Positions 39,967 to 50,646 of a stretch of DNA of 64,000 nucleotides are shown in pieces (position 1 is the stretch's first letter; every line of letters begins with the position of its first letter). A program made the position numbers and the translations under genes. The notes beneath the pieces are model-generated. The model was not told where the DNA came from. It was given only the letters and a program-made list of their open reading frames with translations, and searched no databases. Origin of the DNA: Nitrospirota bacterium (GTDB taxonomy: Bacteria; Nitrospirota; UBA9217); NCBI GenBank assembly GCA_963751455.1, contig CAVVUN010000003.1:288001-352000 (forward strand), in the 5' to 3' direction.

Positions 39967-40742
39967 ACTGACCTATGGCGAGCGTTTATGAAACCCTTGA
40001 TTCCCGTCTCGCGATTCTCAGCGAGATGGTACGATAACGGGTCTACGATTTACCCTTGATTCTCGTCTCGTGCAATAAAGCCCCCTCTCCCTTTTTCCCT
40101 CTCCCTCCAGGGGGCTCCAGGGGAGAGGGGCAGGGGTGAGGGAAATTTATCTATCGAGGGTACGACAAGTGGGTCTAAGTATTATTATGCTAAGCGTGAA
40201 TAAAGTTTGAAATTCATGCCGGGAAGAAGTCTGGAAGACCTCCACAGCGCAACCCATTCCATCGAATGGGCCGGTTCCCGCCAGTTTTTTTACGTTTTCC
40301 AAGGCACTTTTCAGGCACAATCCCAACAAAGGCACTATCTGACGGACTCCCTATATCCAGCCGTCGCATAATCGGCTTTCTTAGGCATGTTCTCCGAACG
40401 CTAACCGTGGTGAATGTTTGACTTTGTTTATCATAGTTCTTCCTGTAGTTTTGGTGTTTCAAGCCAACGCAACAATAGAAGCTTTATCAGGAATTTATAT
40501 CGGACATTACCTTTTGGATAGACCTTTCAAACTTCACCTTGACACACACACTCGCATAAAATATACTTCGCAAAGATAAAGTTGCACAATATTCATCCCA
40601 GTAAATCCGAATTTCCGTACTTTTTACGATCAAATATTGCCATGCCGGCTTTGCACTTTGGTGCGTCATTATATTAATTTTTCACCCCAGTATTACCGGA
40701 TTTTTTGAAATACCGGGGCGGTTTCCGTCCTTTCAAACACGT

Positions 40743-40877
40743 GTTCTCCCGGCGCTTCGCGCCGCGAGAACCCCCGGGTGATCGGCTGAACCGTTCTCCC
40801 GCGAAACCAGCGCGGGAGAACAACCGGTTCGATACGGCCTTTGCCCCTGCGGGGCAAGCCGATCACCCGGGGGTTAA
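40743..40877. repeat. nested-hairpin element, possibly attC-related
   Basis: AACCCCCGGGTGATCGGCT ... AGCCGATCACCCGGGGGTT perfect arms enclosing further hairpins, directly before the FRG RBS. Confidence 0.55.
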
Positions 40878-40892
40878 TTTGATAGGAGGCTG

Positions 40893-41571
40893 ATGGTGGC
40901 AGAAAAAACTATCAAAACATTTGCGTCACTACACAAAGCGGTCATGCAAAATGATGAAAAGGGCCATGATTTATCGTGGCGTAAAAGACACCTCGCATAA
41001 ACTCGTACCAAAAGTTTGTCGCTACGAGAACTTCAAAAGATTATCTCTTGAAGAAATGGAGAAGGAAGAGAAAACCATGCTCCGTTTATTCCGCGAGCGT
41101 GCTTGGTCAAGCCTTCCGGATGTCAAGACGACGAACTGGGAGTTGCTTGCGCTTGCGCAACATCATGGGCTACCAACTCGTCTATTAGATTGGTCGCGCA
41201 ACCCTTTAGTGGCGGTTTTCTTTGCAGTGGAGGACGAGCATGACGGAGACAGCTTGATTTATGCATTCAATAACAATAGGTTCATTAAGATCGATGAAAA
41301 CCCCGATCCATTTAAACGGACAAAAGTAGGGAAGTTCATTCCCAACCACATAACACCGCGAATTACAGCCCAAGCCGGCATTTTCACTATACACCCTGAT
41401 CCTCGTCAAGCATACAACTCAGAGGAAATTGATCATTGGATAATCCCGAATAAAAGTCGGCAAGAACTGAAAAGAGTTCTTTATAAATACGGCATCCACA
41501 AGGCCACACTCTTCCCCAACTTGGATGGACTAGCCAAGCATATTGCGTGGCTTAGAACCGATCAGCATTGA
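40893..41571 (+). pseudogene. FRG-domain protein with a 5' frameshift
   Basis: IYRG, LAQHHGLPTRLLDWSRNPLVAVFFA, RITAQAGIF; the AGGAGG-linked start at 40893/40896 is out of frame by one base at GGG 40961-40963. Confidence 0.8.
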
Positions 41572-41626
41572 CCTAACCCTACCAGGAGAGAAATGCTGAG
41601 CTGCATTCCTCACATCGACGTCAATA
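41571..41626 (+). other. degenerate attC-like site
   Basis: ACCTAAC directly at the FRG stop; imperfect GAGAGAAATGC/GCATTCCTC arms; GTC in place of GTT. Confidence 0.45.
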
Positions 41627-41636
41627 GGAGCATAAG

Positions 41637-42491
41637 ATGCTTTTTTCTCAACGAAAAGGCTTAAAAGAAGCTCAAAAAATTGCTCAGATCGATTCGATGG
41701 ATGACGATTTGCGGTTTGGCCTGTGGACAGCTCTTCATGAATGTATATGGAATGAGTTTCAAGGGTATGCCGGTTACAACGACATAAAGCGATCGAATCT
41801 AGAACTTCTTTTTAAACGTTTATGGCATTCATATTTCAAGTACCCCATTGACAATCTAGAGCAATATCACCACCAAGCTATAAAAAGGATAAGGGAGTAT
41901 TTCTTAGAATGCAAATGGTTTGAAGTTTATGACATCATAGAGTTTATAAGTAAGAACTGTCCAGATGAACTCCAAGATGATTTTTGCAAATTTTGCAATG
42001 ATGTTCTTGATAGAGAAAACTCGGCTTATAGATTTGTTGAGGATGAACTAGCTGAAATATCTTCTCCGGTTGAAATTGAATCCATTGAAGAAGCTATTGA
42101 AAAAAGCTCCAAGCTTGGTGGTGTCAGAAAACACCTTAAGACATCCCTCGCCCTATTGTCGGATCGTAAGAAACCTGATTATAGAAACTCCATTAAAGAA
42201 TCGATCAGTGCAGTCGAAGCAATTTCTATTTTGATATCGGCAGATAAAAAAGCAACTCTAGGTACAGCTTTGGCTGTGATTGAACGCACAGGCACAATTC
42301 ATTCTGCACTCAAGAAGAGCTTATCATCGCTTTATGGATACACAAGCGATGCGGATGGAATAAGGCATGCGATGCTGGATGAAGACAAACTTACTTTCAA
42401 TGACGCAAAATTTATGTTGGTCACATGTACTGCTTTTATCAACTATCTTATCGGTAAGGCGAGTGAGTTGGGCTTAAAATTTAAAACATGA
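41637..42491 (+). CDS. AbiJ N-terminal domain (NTD4-like) protein, putative anti-phage
   Basis: FSQRKG...LW, WFEVYDIIEF, YRNSIKESISAVE, LYGYTSDADGIRH; low GC. Confidence 0.8.
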   Translation: MLFSQRKGLKEAQKIAQIDSMDDDLRFGLWTALHECIWNEFQGYAGYNDIKRSNLELLFKRLWHSYFKYPIDNLEQYHHQAIKRIREYFLECKWFEVYDIIEFISKNCPDELQDDFCKFCNDVLDRENSAYRFVEDELAEISSPVEIESIEEAIEKSSKLGGVRKHLKTSLALLSDRKKPDYRNSIKESISAVEAISILISADKKATLGTALAVIERTGTIHSALKKSLSSLYGYTSDADGIRHAMLDEDKLTFNDAKFMLVTCTAFINYLIGKASELGLKFKT

Positions 42492-42529
42492 TTGCCACGG
42501 CATCTGTAATGTATTGTTTGAGGAAGTGG

Positions 42530-42587
42530 AACTAACCTGGCGGTCCACATCGACTCGCCTTGCGGCGAGTGACCGCCGCGTTAGGCT
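42530..42587 (+). other. integron attC site
   Basis: AACTAAC..GGCGGTC(C)AC..ACTCGCC-TTGC-GGCGAGT..GACCGCC..GTTAGGC: R boxes, paired L boxes with an extrahelical base. Confidence 0.75.
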
Positions 42588-42935
42588 CAGGGCGCTCAAT
42601 GAGGTTGATATTTTTCTCATGCAAGGTCGGAGGTTGACGGAACAACACGGAACAACCAAGAAACGCCTGTGCTGCGGGGCTGATAACCGACTTTCTATCC
42701 ATAGGACTAGAAAAAGTAGCATGAAAAAGTAGATACCCACGGGCTTACGCCCGTGGCACTTGAATTCAAAAGAAGCACCCCCTCCTAACTCCCCCTGAAG
42801 GAGGAGGGAAACAAGAGGGACGCATTCAACCACGGGCTAACGCCACGTGGTCTTCTGCTTCGTTTTGGATCAAAGTTCATTTGATTTCCTCCTAAAGGAG
42901 AGATAAACTAGTAATAATTGTAAAACAAAAACTTC

Positions 42936-42965
42936 TTGACAGTTTCTCACACACGCCTGTATACT
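42936..42965 (+). promoter_or_regulatory. sigma70 promoter
   Basis: TTGACA-N18-TATACT upstream of 43007. Confidence 0.6.
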
Positions 42966-43006
42966 GTATAGACCTTAACGGGTATTCTCTGCGGAAAGGA
43001 TCGTTA

Positions 43007-43327
43007 ATGACAGACAAACCACGACCGGCTGTTAGGCAGGTTTCTGTAAAGCACGTCTACCCTGACGACTTAACGACCAGTTATGCTTCACAGATTGTCG
43101 TTCAGCATGACCCTGAAGTGTTCGTAGTGTCTTTCTTTGAAGCGTTTCCTCCGCTGGTTCTTGGCAGTTCCGAAGAAATTAAGTCTGGACTAGCGAATAT
43201 AAAGCATGTAGAAGCAAAATGTGTCGCACGGATAGTATTGACGCCTACAAAAATGAAGGAATTCGTCCAGATAGCGCAAAACAATTTGCAGAGATACATG
43301 AAAAGTTTTGAATTTAACGCCGAATAG
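43007..43327 (+). CDS. DUF3467-like protein
   Basis: YASQIVVQH..EVFVVSF...VARIVLTPTKMKEF...L..NLQRY. Confidence 0.7.
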   Translation: MTDKPRPAVRQVSVKHVYPDDLTTSYASQIVVQHDPEVFVVSFFEAFPPLVLGSSEEIKSGLANIKHVEAKCVARIVLTPTKMKEFVQIAQNNLQRYMKSFEFNAE

Positions 43328-43345
43328 TTTATAGAGGTATTACAA

Positions 43346-43621
43346 ATGACAACCGCCCTGACAATGCCAGTTACTCCAGGACGTGCATCAAAACTTAAGC
43401 TTTCCCCTAAGGCTTTTAAAGTCTTTTCGCTTCAGAAGGACTATAAGCTGAATCAAATAGCTTATGATGTTACTTCTCTTGTGGAAACGCTAGTAGAATC
43501 ATGTGACGTAATCGACTATCCGAGTCACCGTGGGTCGTACTTTACCATGTTAGCTTCTGAAGACATCCTCGCGAGAGAATGGAATTCTCCAGAAGAGGAC
43601 CGTGCATGGGAAAATTTGTAA
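43346..43621 (+). CDS. putative antitoxin (DUF2281-like C-terminus)
   Basis: LASEDILAREWNSPEEDRAWENL; overlaps the toxin start. Confidence 0.75.
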   Translation: MTTALTMPVTPGRASKLKLSPKAFKVFSLQKDYKLNQIAYDVTSLVETLVESCDVIDYPSHRGSYFTMLASEDILAREWNSPEEDRAWENL

Positions 43622-43935
43622 AGGGAGACGTTGTTGTAATCCCCTTTCCGTTTTCTGATTTAACACAAACAAAAAGACGCCCTGCTCTAGTCGTCGTTCC
43701 TCTAAGGGGTGACGATGTAATTCTCTGTCAAATTACTTCAAATACAGTTGACCCTCTCGCTATTCCGCTCGTTGTCTCCGACTTTAACCAAGGAGCCATT
43801 GGCCACGACTCCTATATTCGTCCGAATCGTCTTTTTACCGCCGATTCTAATCTGATACTGCGTTGCGCCGGACGTATCTCAAATCCCAAAATAAATGAAG
43901 TAATTGACAAAATAGTTGAAATTATTAAATCCTAA
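43606..43935 (+). CDS. PemK/MazF family toxin
   Basis: KGDVVVIPFPFSDLTQTKRRPALVV...LCQITS...SYIRPNRLFT. Confidence 0.9.
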   Translation: MGKFVKGDVVVIPFPFSDLTQTKRRPALVVVPLRGDDVILCQITSNTVDPLAIPLVVSDFNQGAIGHDSYIRPNRLFTADSNLILRCAGRISNPKINEVIDKIVEIIKS

Positions 43936-44124
43936 ATGGAATGTAAAACCATTCCTGAATGAATCACTTTAATGACTGCATAAATCCGAAACCATAAATA
44001 ACTTTATGTCTGTTCCTCGTCATAATCCAATCCGCTACAAGCCCGCAGCCCGTAATAAATCTTTCTTGGAATTAGATGCACTTTTGGATAATCAAACCGT
44101 TTTCCATATACTTCCGAAGGACTA

Positions 44125-44557
44125 ATCGGGTAGCCGGGGGATTCTCTCCCCCAGCCCCACACCACCCGGCGTGCGGGTCCGCACCGGGCGATTCGCGGAA
44201 AATTATCGGGCCGTAGCCGGATAGTAAGTCTTGATCCATCGTGTTCTGATAGAAGTAAGCCCCTGCCTTTTGAGATATGCGTTGGACAGGCCGACGTTCA
44301 TGGCCTCGGTCTTTGCAAGATGCCAGTAGCCCTTCCTGCTCATTCCCACAGATACGGCGTGCTTTTCGCTCACGCCGAGTTTCATCAGCTCCCTCACCCG
44401 CTTTCTCGTCCTGCGCCACTGCTTCCAGTAGCACATACGCATACGGCGACGAAGGCGCTGATCGAGTTCGACGGCGTCGTTGTATCTCATGCCGATACCG
44501 AAGTAGTTCATCCACCCCTGAAGATAAAGGCGGATTTCCTCGTACCGACGCTTCATT
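44125..44557 (-). mobile_element. group II intron 3' remnant (maturase C-terminus, domains V and VI)
   Basis: LQGWMNYF...RRRMRMCYWKQW domain X; DV GAATCGCCCGGTGCGGACCCGCACGCCGGGTGGTGT; DVI ending CCCGAT. Confidence 0.9.
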
Positions 44558-46181
44558 CCTTAAAAGAGCAGTTGGTCCTTGTCAAACGAAGTTAATTGAT
44601 GGATATTGCAGCAATTAACCCGAAGAGGAGGACTCGCCCAATGGGTGAACCAAATAGATCGTTGTCTGCACGGAAACCAGAGGGAGTTGCGGTCGATACG
44701 TTCAGCGGTCGTATCCACGTAGAATGGGATCCGACTGCAGCCGTTACGCCACTGGGACAGATGGCATTTTTCATCGATTTTCTGAAGACCGGCGGTCTCT
44801 ACGATCCCTGGGTTGCTGATTGTCCGCTTCACTACACAAGCCCCAATGCACCGGAAAAGCGAGATGTGCTGGGCACGGTGTTATTGTCTGTTCTGGCCGG
44901 CCACCATCGCTACTCGCATATTACGAACGTTCGGTGCGACAACGTCAATCCCGGCCTGCTCGGCATGACCGCCGTCGTGAGTGAGGACTCGGTGCGAAAA
45001 GCCCTGCGCCAGATAGATGAAACTCAGGGGGTGCATTGGCTCAAGGAACATGTCAGGCGTTGTTATGACGCGCTGCTTTCTGTGTCCTGGATCATGGATG
45101 GCGACACCACGGTAAAACCGCTGTACGGGAAACAGGAAGGCGCAGTGGTCGGCTATAATCCTCACAAGCCTGGCAGGCCGTCTCATACCTACCACAGCTA
45201 TCTGATGGCCAACACCCGGCTCGTGCTGGATGTCGAGGTACAGGCGGGCAACAAAACCGCAACCTGCTATAGCACGCCGGGCTTGTGGGAGTTGCTGGGC
45301 TCCATTCCAAAACGTCACTGGCCCGCGTTTTTTCGGGGCGATTCAGGCTGGGGAAATGACGTCTTCATGTCCCAGGCGGAAACAAAAGGCCTGCCCTATC
45401 TGGTCAAGCTCCGCCTCACCAAAAACGTGCGGAAGCTCATCGAAAAGACATTTCAGCGGAATGGTTGGCAGCAAGCCGGTCAGGGATGGGAAGGTGTGGA
45501 AGAAGAACTTCAGCTTATGGGGTGGAAGATAAAGCGGCGCGTCATCGTACTTCGACGGGCGCTCAAGGGCGATGTCGTCATCAGTGAGAAAGACAAGGAT
45601 CAGATGGAGCTTGGTTTCGTCGAGACGAATGGAACCGCAAAGCGGTATGAATACGCAGTGCTGGCCACAACCATTCCGGGCGAAGTCCTTACCATCGCGC
45701 AGCACTACCGGGATCGGGCCGATGCTGAGAACAATTTCGATGAACTGAAAAATCAGTGGGGGTGGGGAGGCTATACGACCAAAGATCTGAAACGCTGTGG
45801 CTATATGGCCCGGATCGTGGCGTTGATCTACAACTGGTGGTCCCTCTTTGTGCGGCTCGCCCGACCGGACAAGCATCTGGAGGCTGTTACGAGCCGGCCG
45901 TTGCTTCTTCATGCGGTCGCCAAACAAACATATCACCAGAGCCAGACTACCGTGACCATTACAAGCGCTCACGCAAAGACGGAGAAAATACAGGGCACGC
46001 TCAATGAGATCGCCCTGTTTCTGAGAAGACTCCGGGAAACTGCGGAGCAGTTGACGCAGGCGGAACGTTGGAGGTTGATCTTAAGCCGTGCATTCAACAA
46101 AATCCTGAAGGGGAAACCCCTCTCGACGCCAGCTTTGCTGCCTCAGCCAATGTGAAAATAGACTCAACTGCCGTTTTTAGG
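44558..46181 (+). mobile_element. IS1380-family insertion sequence
   Basis: TIRs CCTTAAAAGAGCAGTTG and CAACTGCCGTTTTTAGG. Confidence 0.85.
44641..46155 (+). CDS. IS1380-family DDE transposase
   Basis: MDGDTTVKPLYGKQEGA..GYNP, RGDSG, YRDRADAENNFDELKNQ. Confidence 0.88.
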   Translation: MGEPNRSLSARKPEGVAVDTFSGRIHVEWDPTAAVTPLGQMAFFIDFLKTGGLYDPWVADCPLHYTSPNAPEKRDVLGTVLLSVLAGHHRYSHITNVRCDNVNPGLLGMTAVVSEDSVRKALRQIDETQGVHWLKEHVRRCYDALLSVSWIMDGDTTVKPLYGKQEGAVVGYNPHKPGRPSHTYHSYLMANTRLVLDVEVQAGNKTATCYSTPGLWELLGSIPKRHWPAFFRGDSGWGNDVFMSQAETKGLPYLVKLRLTKNVRKLIEKTFQRNGWQQAGQGWEGVEEELQLMGWKIKRRVIVLRRALKGDVVISEKDKDQMELGFVETNGTAKRYEYAVLATTIPGEVLTIAQHYRDRADAENNFDELKNQWGWGGYTTKDLKRCGYMARIVALIYNWWSLFVRLARPDKHLEAVTSRPLLLHAVAKQTYHQSQTTVTITSAHAKTEKIQGTLNEIALFLRRLRETAEQLTQAERWRLILSRAFNKILKGKPLSTPALLPQPM

Positions 46182-46210
46182 ATTATGTCTTTTCAAAAAG
46201 CGCGCGAAGG

Positions 46211-47959
46211 CTATCTTCCCAATCTCAGCTTCCCTCCCGCAGCAGACTTGACCGCTTCCTGCAGCACATCGTTCAAACGCTTCTCGACTTCATCGATCCT
46301 TCCGCCCTGTTCGTTCAGGCCGCCGAAGCTTTCCCTCAGGTCCTTCAGCTGCGTCCCGGTCCGGTCCTGGATCGCTGATTTAAGTTGTTGTTCGAGCCTG
46401 GCGCCTTGTTCCTGTACGACCGATCCCACTGCGTTTTTGAGCACCCGGTCAAGGTCCGACGATACGTTCATCGTATAGTTTTCGAGAGAACCGGCTATAT
46501 CCGCGGACAGGGAAAATTTGGAAACCTTCGACAGAGCGGATTTTACCGCCGTAACAAACGGATTGTCCGATCCGTCGCCTCCTATGTTCATCACTGCCGA
46601 GCTTACATTGGCGGTAATATTCGCCTTCAGCGCCTGGGTAAACGACCCGTCGATATTGAAATCAACAAGCCCTTCCTTCATCGCTATGGGCAAGTCTTTG
46701 TTCTTCGAGAGAACGAGATCGTTGACCCGGAAGCCGCTTATTGAAAGACGTGCAATATCTTTAGGACTGACCGGCACAACATGGTTGAGCGATCCCGTGA
46801 TCGAAATCGACTTTGCGGCTTTCAGTTTTTCCCCGGACAGCGCGAACGTAAGCGGAATGCCGAGGATGTTCTGATCGGGAGTGATGTTCCTGATCGTTCC
46901 TGCGAGGACCCCCGCGGTTGTCTCTGCCGAAATCGCGGACCGGTCGATCAGAAAATCGGGCAGCGGTCTGAACTCCCTGAAGCGGACATCTACCCCTTTC
47001 CCGCGTACCGGTTTCACCACGGTCACGTCTTTTTTTTGCGCCTTTGCCCTCTCCACAACCGGCTGCAGCCTGTTATACCACAGAAGTCCGCTCCGGACCC
47101 ACGACGAGAGCTGGTCGCCGAACAGGAGTTGGCTGATATTGGCAAGGCCCGCGGGCGAGATGCTGTACTTGTCCCGCAGCCGCCGCACATCGTTCAGGGG
47201 TGCCTGCTCGGCTTTTTCGAGCACGCTTTTGGATGCGGCCAGATCGCTCTTGAACGCCGTGCGCACATTTTTCACAAGGTCAAGGTCCTGCTCGATGTCT
47301 CTCCTGATTGCCCTCACCTCTGAAACCTGCGAGGCAGCGCCCAGAATGTCCCTCTGCGACTTCCTGACCTTCTCGATCCTGGCTTTGTAACCGTCAACCT
47401 TGGCCTTGTTCGGCATTTCTTCGATTCGCTTTTGCCAGTCCGCTTTTCTTTTCTGAAGGTCCGCGCGCGTAGTCTCTATCAGCTTGATCGATTCAAGGTT
47501 CTCGTTCTGCAGGATCTCCTTTATATTCGGAGTTTTTATCGCGAGCCCGAACACCGTTTCCTTGCCTTCTTCAGCCTTTTTTTCCTCGCGCTTGCTCACG
47601 CGGCCGGGACGTTTCCGCGGAGTATCGAATCGAACGCCTTCAACGGCCATCTCGTTAATGATCGTCTTGCGCCGCAGCAGGTTCAGACTGTCGAGGGAAA
47701 AGGAGATTCGGCCGCATTCGACACTGTTCGTTGCCGGCGCCTCCGGGTTCGTAACCTCGAGTCCGTTCAACGTCATCGCAAGCGGAACAAGCGTCACGTC
47801 TACATCATGCACGTCGACTTGGGCGCCTACGATCAATTCACCGGTCCTTTCGATGGTGCGCTTCACGAGACCGTCGAAGATAAGCAGCCAGAATACAGCG
47901 AGCATTCCCGCAATCAGGACAAATACTATGACTCCCTGCCACCGGATCCATTTTGTCAT
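46211..47959 (-). CDS. TIGR03545-like AsmA-related protein
   Basis: KWIRWQG N-terminal anchor, GAQVDV, RGKGVDVRF..PDFLI; coupled to the upstream gene. Confidence 0.8.
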   Translation of the reverse strand: MTKWIRWQGVIVFVLIAGMLAVFWLLIFDGLVKRTIERTGELIVGAQVDVHDVDVTLVPLAMTLNGLEVTNPEAPATNSVECGRISFSLDSLNLLRRKTIINEMAVEGVRFDTPRKRPGRVSKREEKKAEEGKETVFGLAIKTPNIKEILQNENLESIKLIETTRADLQKRKADWQKRIEEMPNKAKVDGYKARIEKVRKSQRDILGAASQVSEVRAIRRDIEQDLDLVKNVRTAFKSDLAASKSVLEKAEQAPLNDVRRLRDKYSISPAGLANISQLLFGDQLSSWVRSGLLWYNRLQPVVERAKAQKKDVTVVKPVRGKGVDVRFREFRPLPDFLIDRSAISAETTAGVLAGTIRNITPDQNILGIPLTFALSGEKLKAAKSISITGSLNHVVPVSPKDIARLSISGFRVNDLVLSKNKDLPIAMKEGLVDFNIDGSFTQALKANITANVSSAVMNIGGDGSDNPFVTAVKSALSKVSKFSLSADIAGSLENYTMNVSSDLDRVLKNAVGSVVQEQGARLEQQLKSAIQDRTGTQLKDLRESFGGLNEQGGRIDEVEKRLNDVLQEAVKSAAGGKLRLGR

Positions 47960-48480
47960 TTCAGTCTCCCGGCCCAGCCGGACACTGTTTCATAGTAGTG
48001 GTAGAAATCGCTGGCTTTGATCATCTGCATGACACGTGTCTTTCTAATCCAGGTGAGGAACGTTGCCCGGTACTTCCGTATCAGCATGTTCGACAGGAGA
48101 AACAGCGGTATGAAAAACAGGATAGCGAAGATAAAACCGCCCATCACGACCGAATTGTTGAACCTTTGGATCCTCCAGATCGTGGAATTATACATCGCAG
48201 TCCACACACCCTCAAGGGGGGAAGCTGTAAGCAGTGCCAGCCCCAGCGGATGAAAGAGCGGATCGAGAAGATAGGCGATTCCTGAAAAAAAAGCGGTCCC
48301 GAGCAGATAGGCAGACAGGTTCACCCTGACCAGGCAGACAATAAGGATAATGACCAGGTTCAGCGGACTAAGGAAAGTGAGAAAGCCGCTCACCATAGAA
48401 AAACTGAAAGCAAGGCTGATTTGAGAGGGGTCGGTCTCGGAATTCAGGACCTTCAAAAGCTTTGCGAGCATCCGAATCAT
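47956..48480 (-). CDS. TIGR03546-like membrane protein
   Basis: LNSETDPSQI, LDPLFHPLG, RFNNSVVMG. Confidence 0.8.
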   Translation of the reverse strand: MIRMLAKLLKVLNSETDPSQISLAFSFSMVSGFLTFLSPLNLVIILIVCLVRVNLSAYLLGTAFFSGIAYLLDPLFHPLGLALLTASPLEGVWTAMYNSTIWRIQRFNNSVVMGGFIFAILFFIPLFLLSNMLIRKYRATFLTWIRKTRVMQMIKASDFYHYYETVSGWAGRLK

Positions 48481-48587
48481 GTGGTGACCTCATGGAGTCG
48501 AGGGACGATCGTTCGCTTCGCTCACTATGAAGAGGGACGCAGTTATACCGGCTTTTTCGTCCATCTTCGCTCATCCGTCATCCCTCA

Positions 48588-50180
48588 TCAATTTTTTACA
48601 GTATACCTCGCATCGAACCGGCGCGCTGCCGGGATTTTCGTGATGCCGTGGTCCGGGTTCGCGCTCGTATGCTCCAGGATCTTGAATACTGCTTCTGCGC
48701 TGCCTTCGGCCTGCATTGCCTCTGCAATTTCTTCGGCGGTAAACGCTTTGCCGATGTTCGTGATCAAATAGGTCATCACTGTCTGCTGAAGCTTTATGAT
48801 CTCGCCCGCCATTTTCTTGCCCGCCTCGACCCCCGGCTGGTGATACGCATTGATGCCGACGAGCGCGGCATAAAAACCGACTGCCCGCTCGTACAGCGCA
48901 ATCAAGGCGCCTATTGATTGCGGGTCGAGCTTATCGAGCGTGATCGTGATCGATTCCCGCTTGTTTTCGAACAAGGCGTTCCGGGTGCCCTCAAGATACG
49001 CGCTCAGGTAGTCGCCGCTCGTCACGCCCGGCTCCACGTCGATTGACTTTTCTTTGCGGTCTTCGAGCACCTTGATGAAGGTCGCAAAGAAATTGTTGAC
49101 GCCGTCCCGAAGCTGCTGCACATAGGCATGCTGATCGGTTGTGCCTTTGTTCCCGTAGACCGCAATGCCCTGGTTCACAACCCGTCCCTTAAGGTTTTTT
49201 TCCTTGCCAAGCGACTCCATCACGAGCTGCTGAAGATACCGGGAGAAGAGCGCCAGCCGGTCTTTATAAGGAAGGATAACCATGTCCTTCGCGCCCTTGC
49301 CGCCGGTTGCATGATACCAGGCAAGGGCCAGAAGCGCCGCAGGATTGGACGCGGTTTGCTTCGACCTCGTCTGCTCATCGCACACTGCTGCACCCTTTAA
49401 CAGGGCATCAATGTCGATTCCCTGTAAGGAAGCAGGGAGTAAGCCAACTGCTGACATCAGGGAAGTTCTCCCACCAACCCAATCCCACATGGGGAAAGTC
49501 GCAATCCATGAATCTTTTTTCGCCAATTCATGAAGCTTGCTCCCCACTCCTGTAACAGCGACTGCATGCCGTGCAAACGAAAGCCCGGCTTTTTCATACG
49601 CAGCGGCAACTTCAAGCATGCCGTTTCGCGTTTCAATTGTGCTGCCGCTTTTTGAAATGACGATTGTCAGGGTATCGTCAAGGCCTGTTCCGATATCGGC
49701 CAGGACCCTGTCAATGCCGTCCGGATCGGTGTTATCGAGAAACCTCGGTTTCATCTTGTCGGCAGTCGTTGCCAGGGCATCAGCGATAAACTGCGGACCG
49801 AGAGCCGAACCTCCGATCCCGATGATAAGCATATTCTGAAAGCGGGCCCGTTTTCTCGGCGCGATCCGGGCAGCATGTATCGCGTAAGTAAAATCTTTTA
49901 CAGCCTGGATCATCTCTTCGATATCCCGTTTGATTTCCGGAGACGGTGCGCGGCCGGGCGAGCGGAGCCAGTAATGCCCAACCATCCGGTTTTCATCCGG
50001 GTTCGCAATCCCGCCTGCCTCGAGCGCTTCCATGGCGGCGTATGCCTTGTTTATCGGCGCCTTCATCCGGATGAAATAATCCTTTTCGAAAAACATTCTG
50101 CTGATGTCAAGGGAGAGGCCTGCGGAAGGCGCTTCGCATAAATATTTTTTGTACTGCTTCCAGCCTGATTTATTATCCAT
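48588..50180 (-). CDS. pgi: glucose-6-phosphate isomerase
   Basis: [42 protein letters not shown]. Confidence 0.95.
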   Translation of the reverse strand: MDNKSGWKQYKKYLCEAPSAGLSLDISRMFFEKDYFIRMKAPINKAYAAMEALEAGGIANPDENRMVGHYWLRSPGRAPSPEIKRDIEEMIQAVKDFTYAIHAARIAPRKRARFQNMLIIGIGGSALGPQFIADALATTADKMKPRFLDNTDPDGIDRVLADIGTGLDDTLTIVISKSGSTIETRNGMLEVAAAYEKAGLSFARHAVAVTGVGSKLHELAKKDSWIATFPMWDWVGGRTSLMSAVGLLPASLQGIDIDALLKGAAVCDEQTRSKQTASNPAALLALAWYHATGGKGAKDMVILPYKDRLALFSRYLQQLVMESLGKEKNLKGRVVNQGIAVYGNKGTTDQHAYVQQLRDGVNNFFATFIKVLEDRKEKSIDVEPGVTSGDYLSAYLEGTRNALFENKRESITITLDKLDPQSIGALIALYERAVGFYAALVGINAYHQPGVEAGKKMAGEIIKLQQTVMTYLITNIGKAFTAEEIAEAMQAEGSAEAVFKILEHTSANPDHGITKIPAARRFDARYTVKN

Positions 50181-50242
50181 TGTTTGTCTGCCGCAGGCCA
50201 TTATTCAGCTGATGCGGAAATTTCCTCCTTGAAGAATTCAGG

Positions 50243-50506
50243 TTATTTTTTTTTCGAGGTCTCTTCTTCCGTGCCGTAAACAGCCCTGATCCGGCGGCCC
50301 AGTTCCCGAAGGGCATCGCTGAAAGTCCTTCCCTCATCCATTAGCTCCCGCATCACCTCTGCCTTGCTCAGTTCGGTGATGATCTCGTCATTGCCGTCCG
50401 CCACGTCGCACTTGTTTTCTCCCTTGGTTACCTGTTCCAGAATGCAGGCTTCCAGCTGTGCGACAGAATACTTTTCTACCAGCTTTTTTAATTCTTTGGT
50501 TTCCAT
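50243..50506 (-). CDS. small hypothetical protein
   Basis: 87-aa ORF co-directional with pgi. Confidence 0.65.
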   Translation of the reverse strand: METKELKKLVEKYSVAQLEACILEQVTKGENKCDVADGNDEIITELSKAEVMRELMDEGRTFSDALRELGRRIRAVYGTEEETSKKK

Positions 50507-50646
50507 AGTTTAAAATAATACAAATATTTTATCATAGACGGAGCAAACATTAAAGATATTCGTCGTTGATGAATCTTGCATTCGAGCTGCTCCATTCGGG
50601 CAAAAAGAGCTTTTTAGCCATTCAGCATTATGGTAATATACGGGCC

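Noticed and set aside
40215-40245. CCGGGAAG..AGTCTGGAAGACCT resembling the 3' end of a cobalamin riboswitch
   Set aside because: The 5' conserved core is not found and no suitable downstream gene exists
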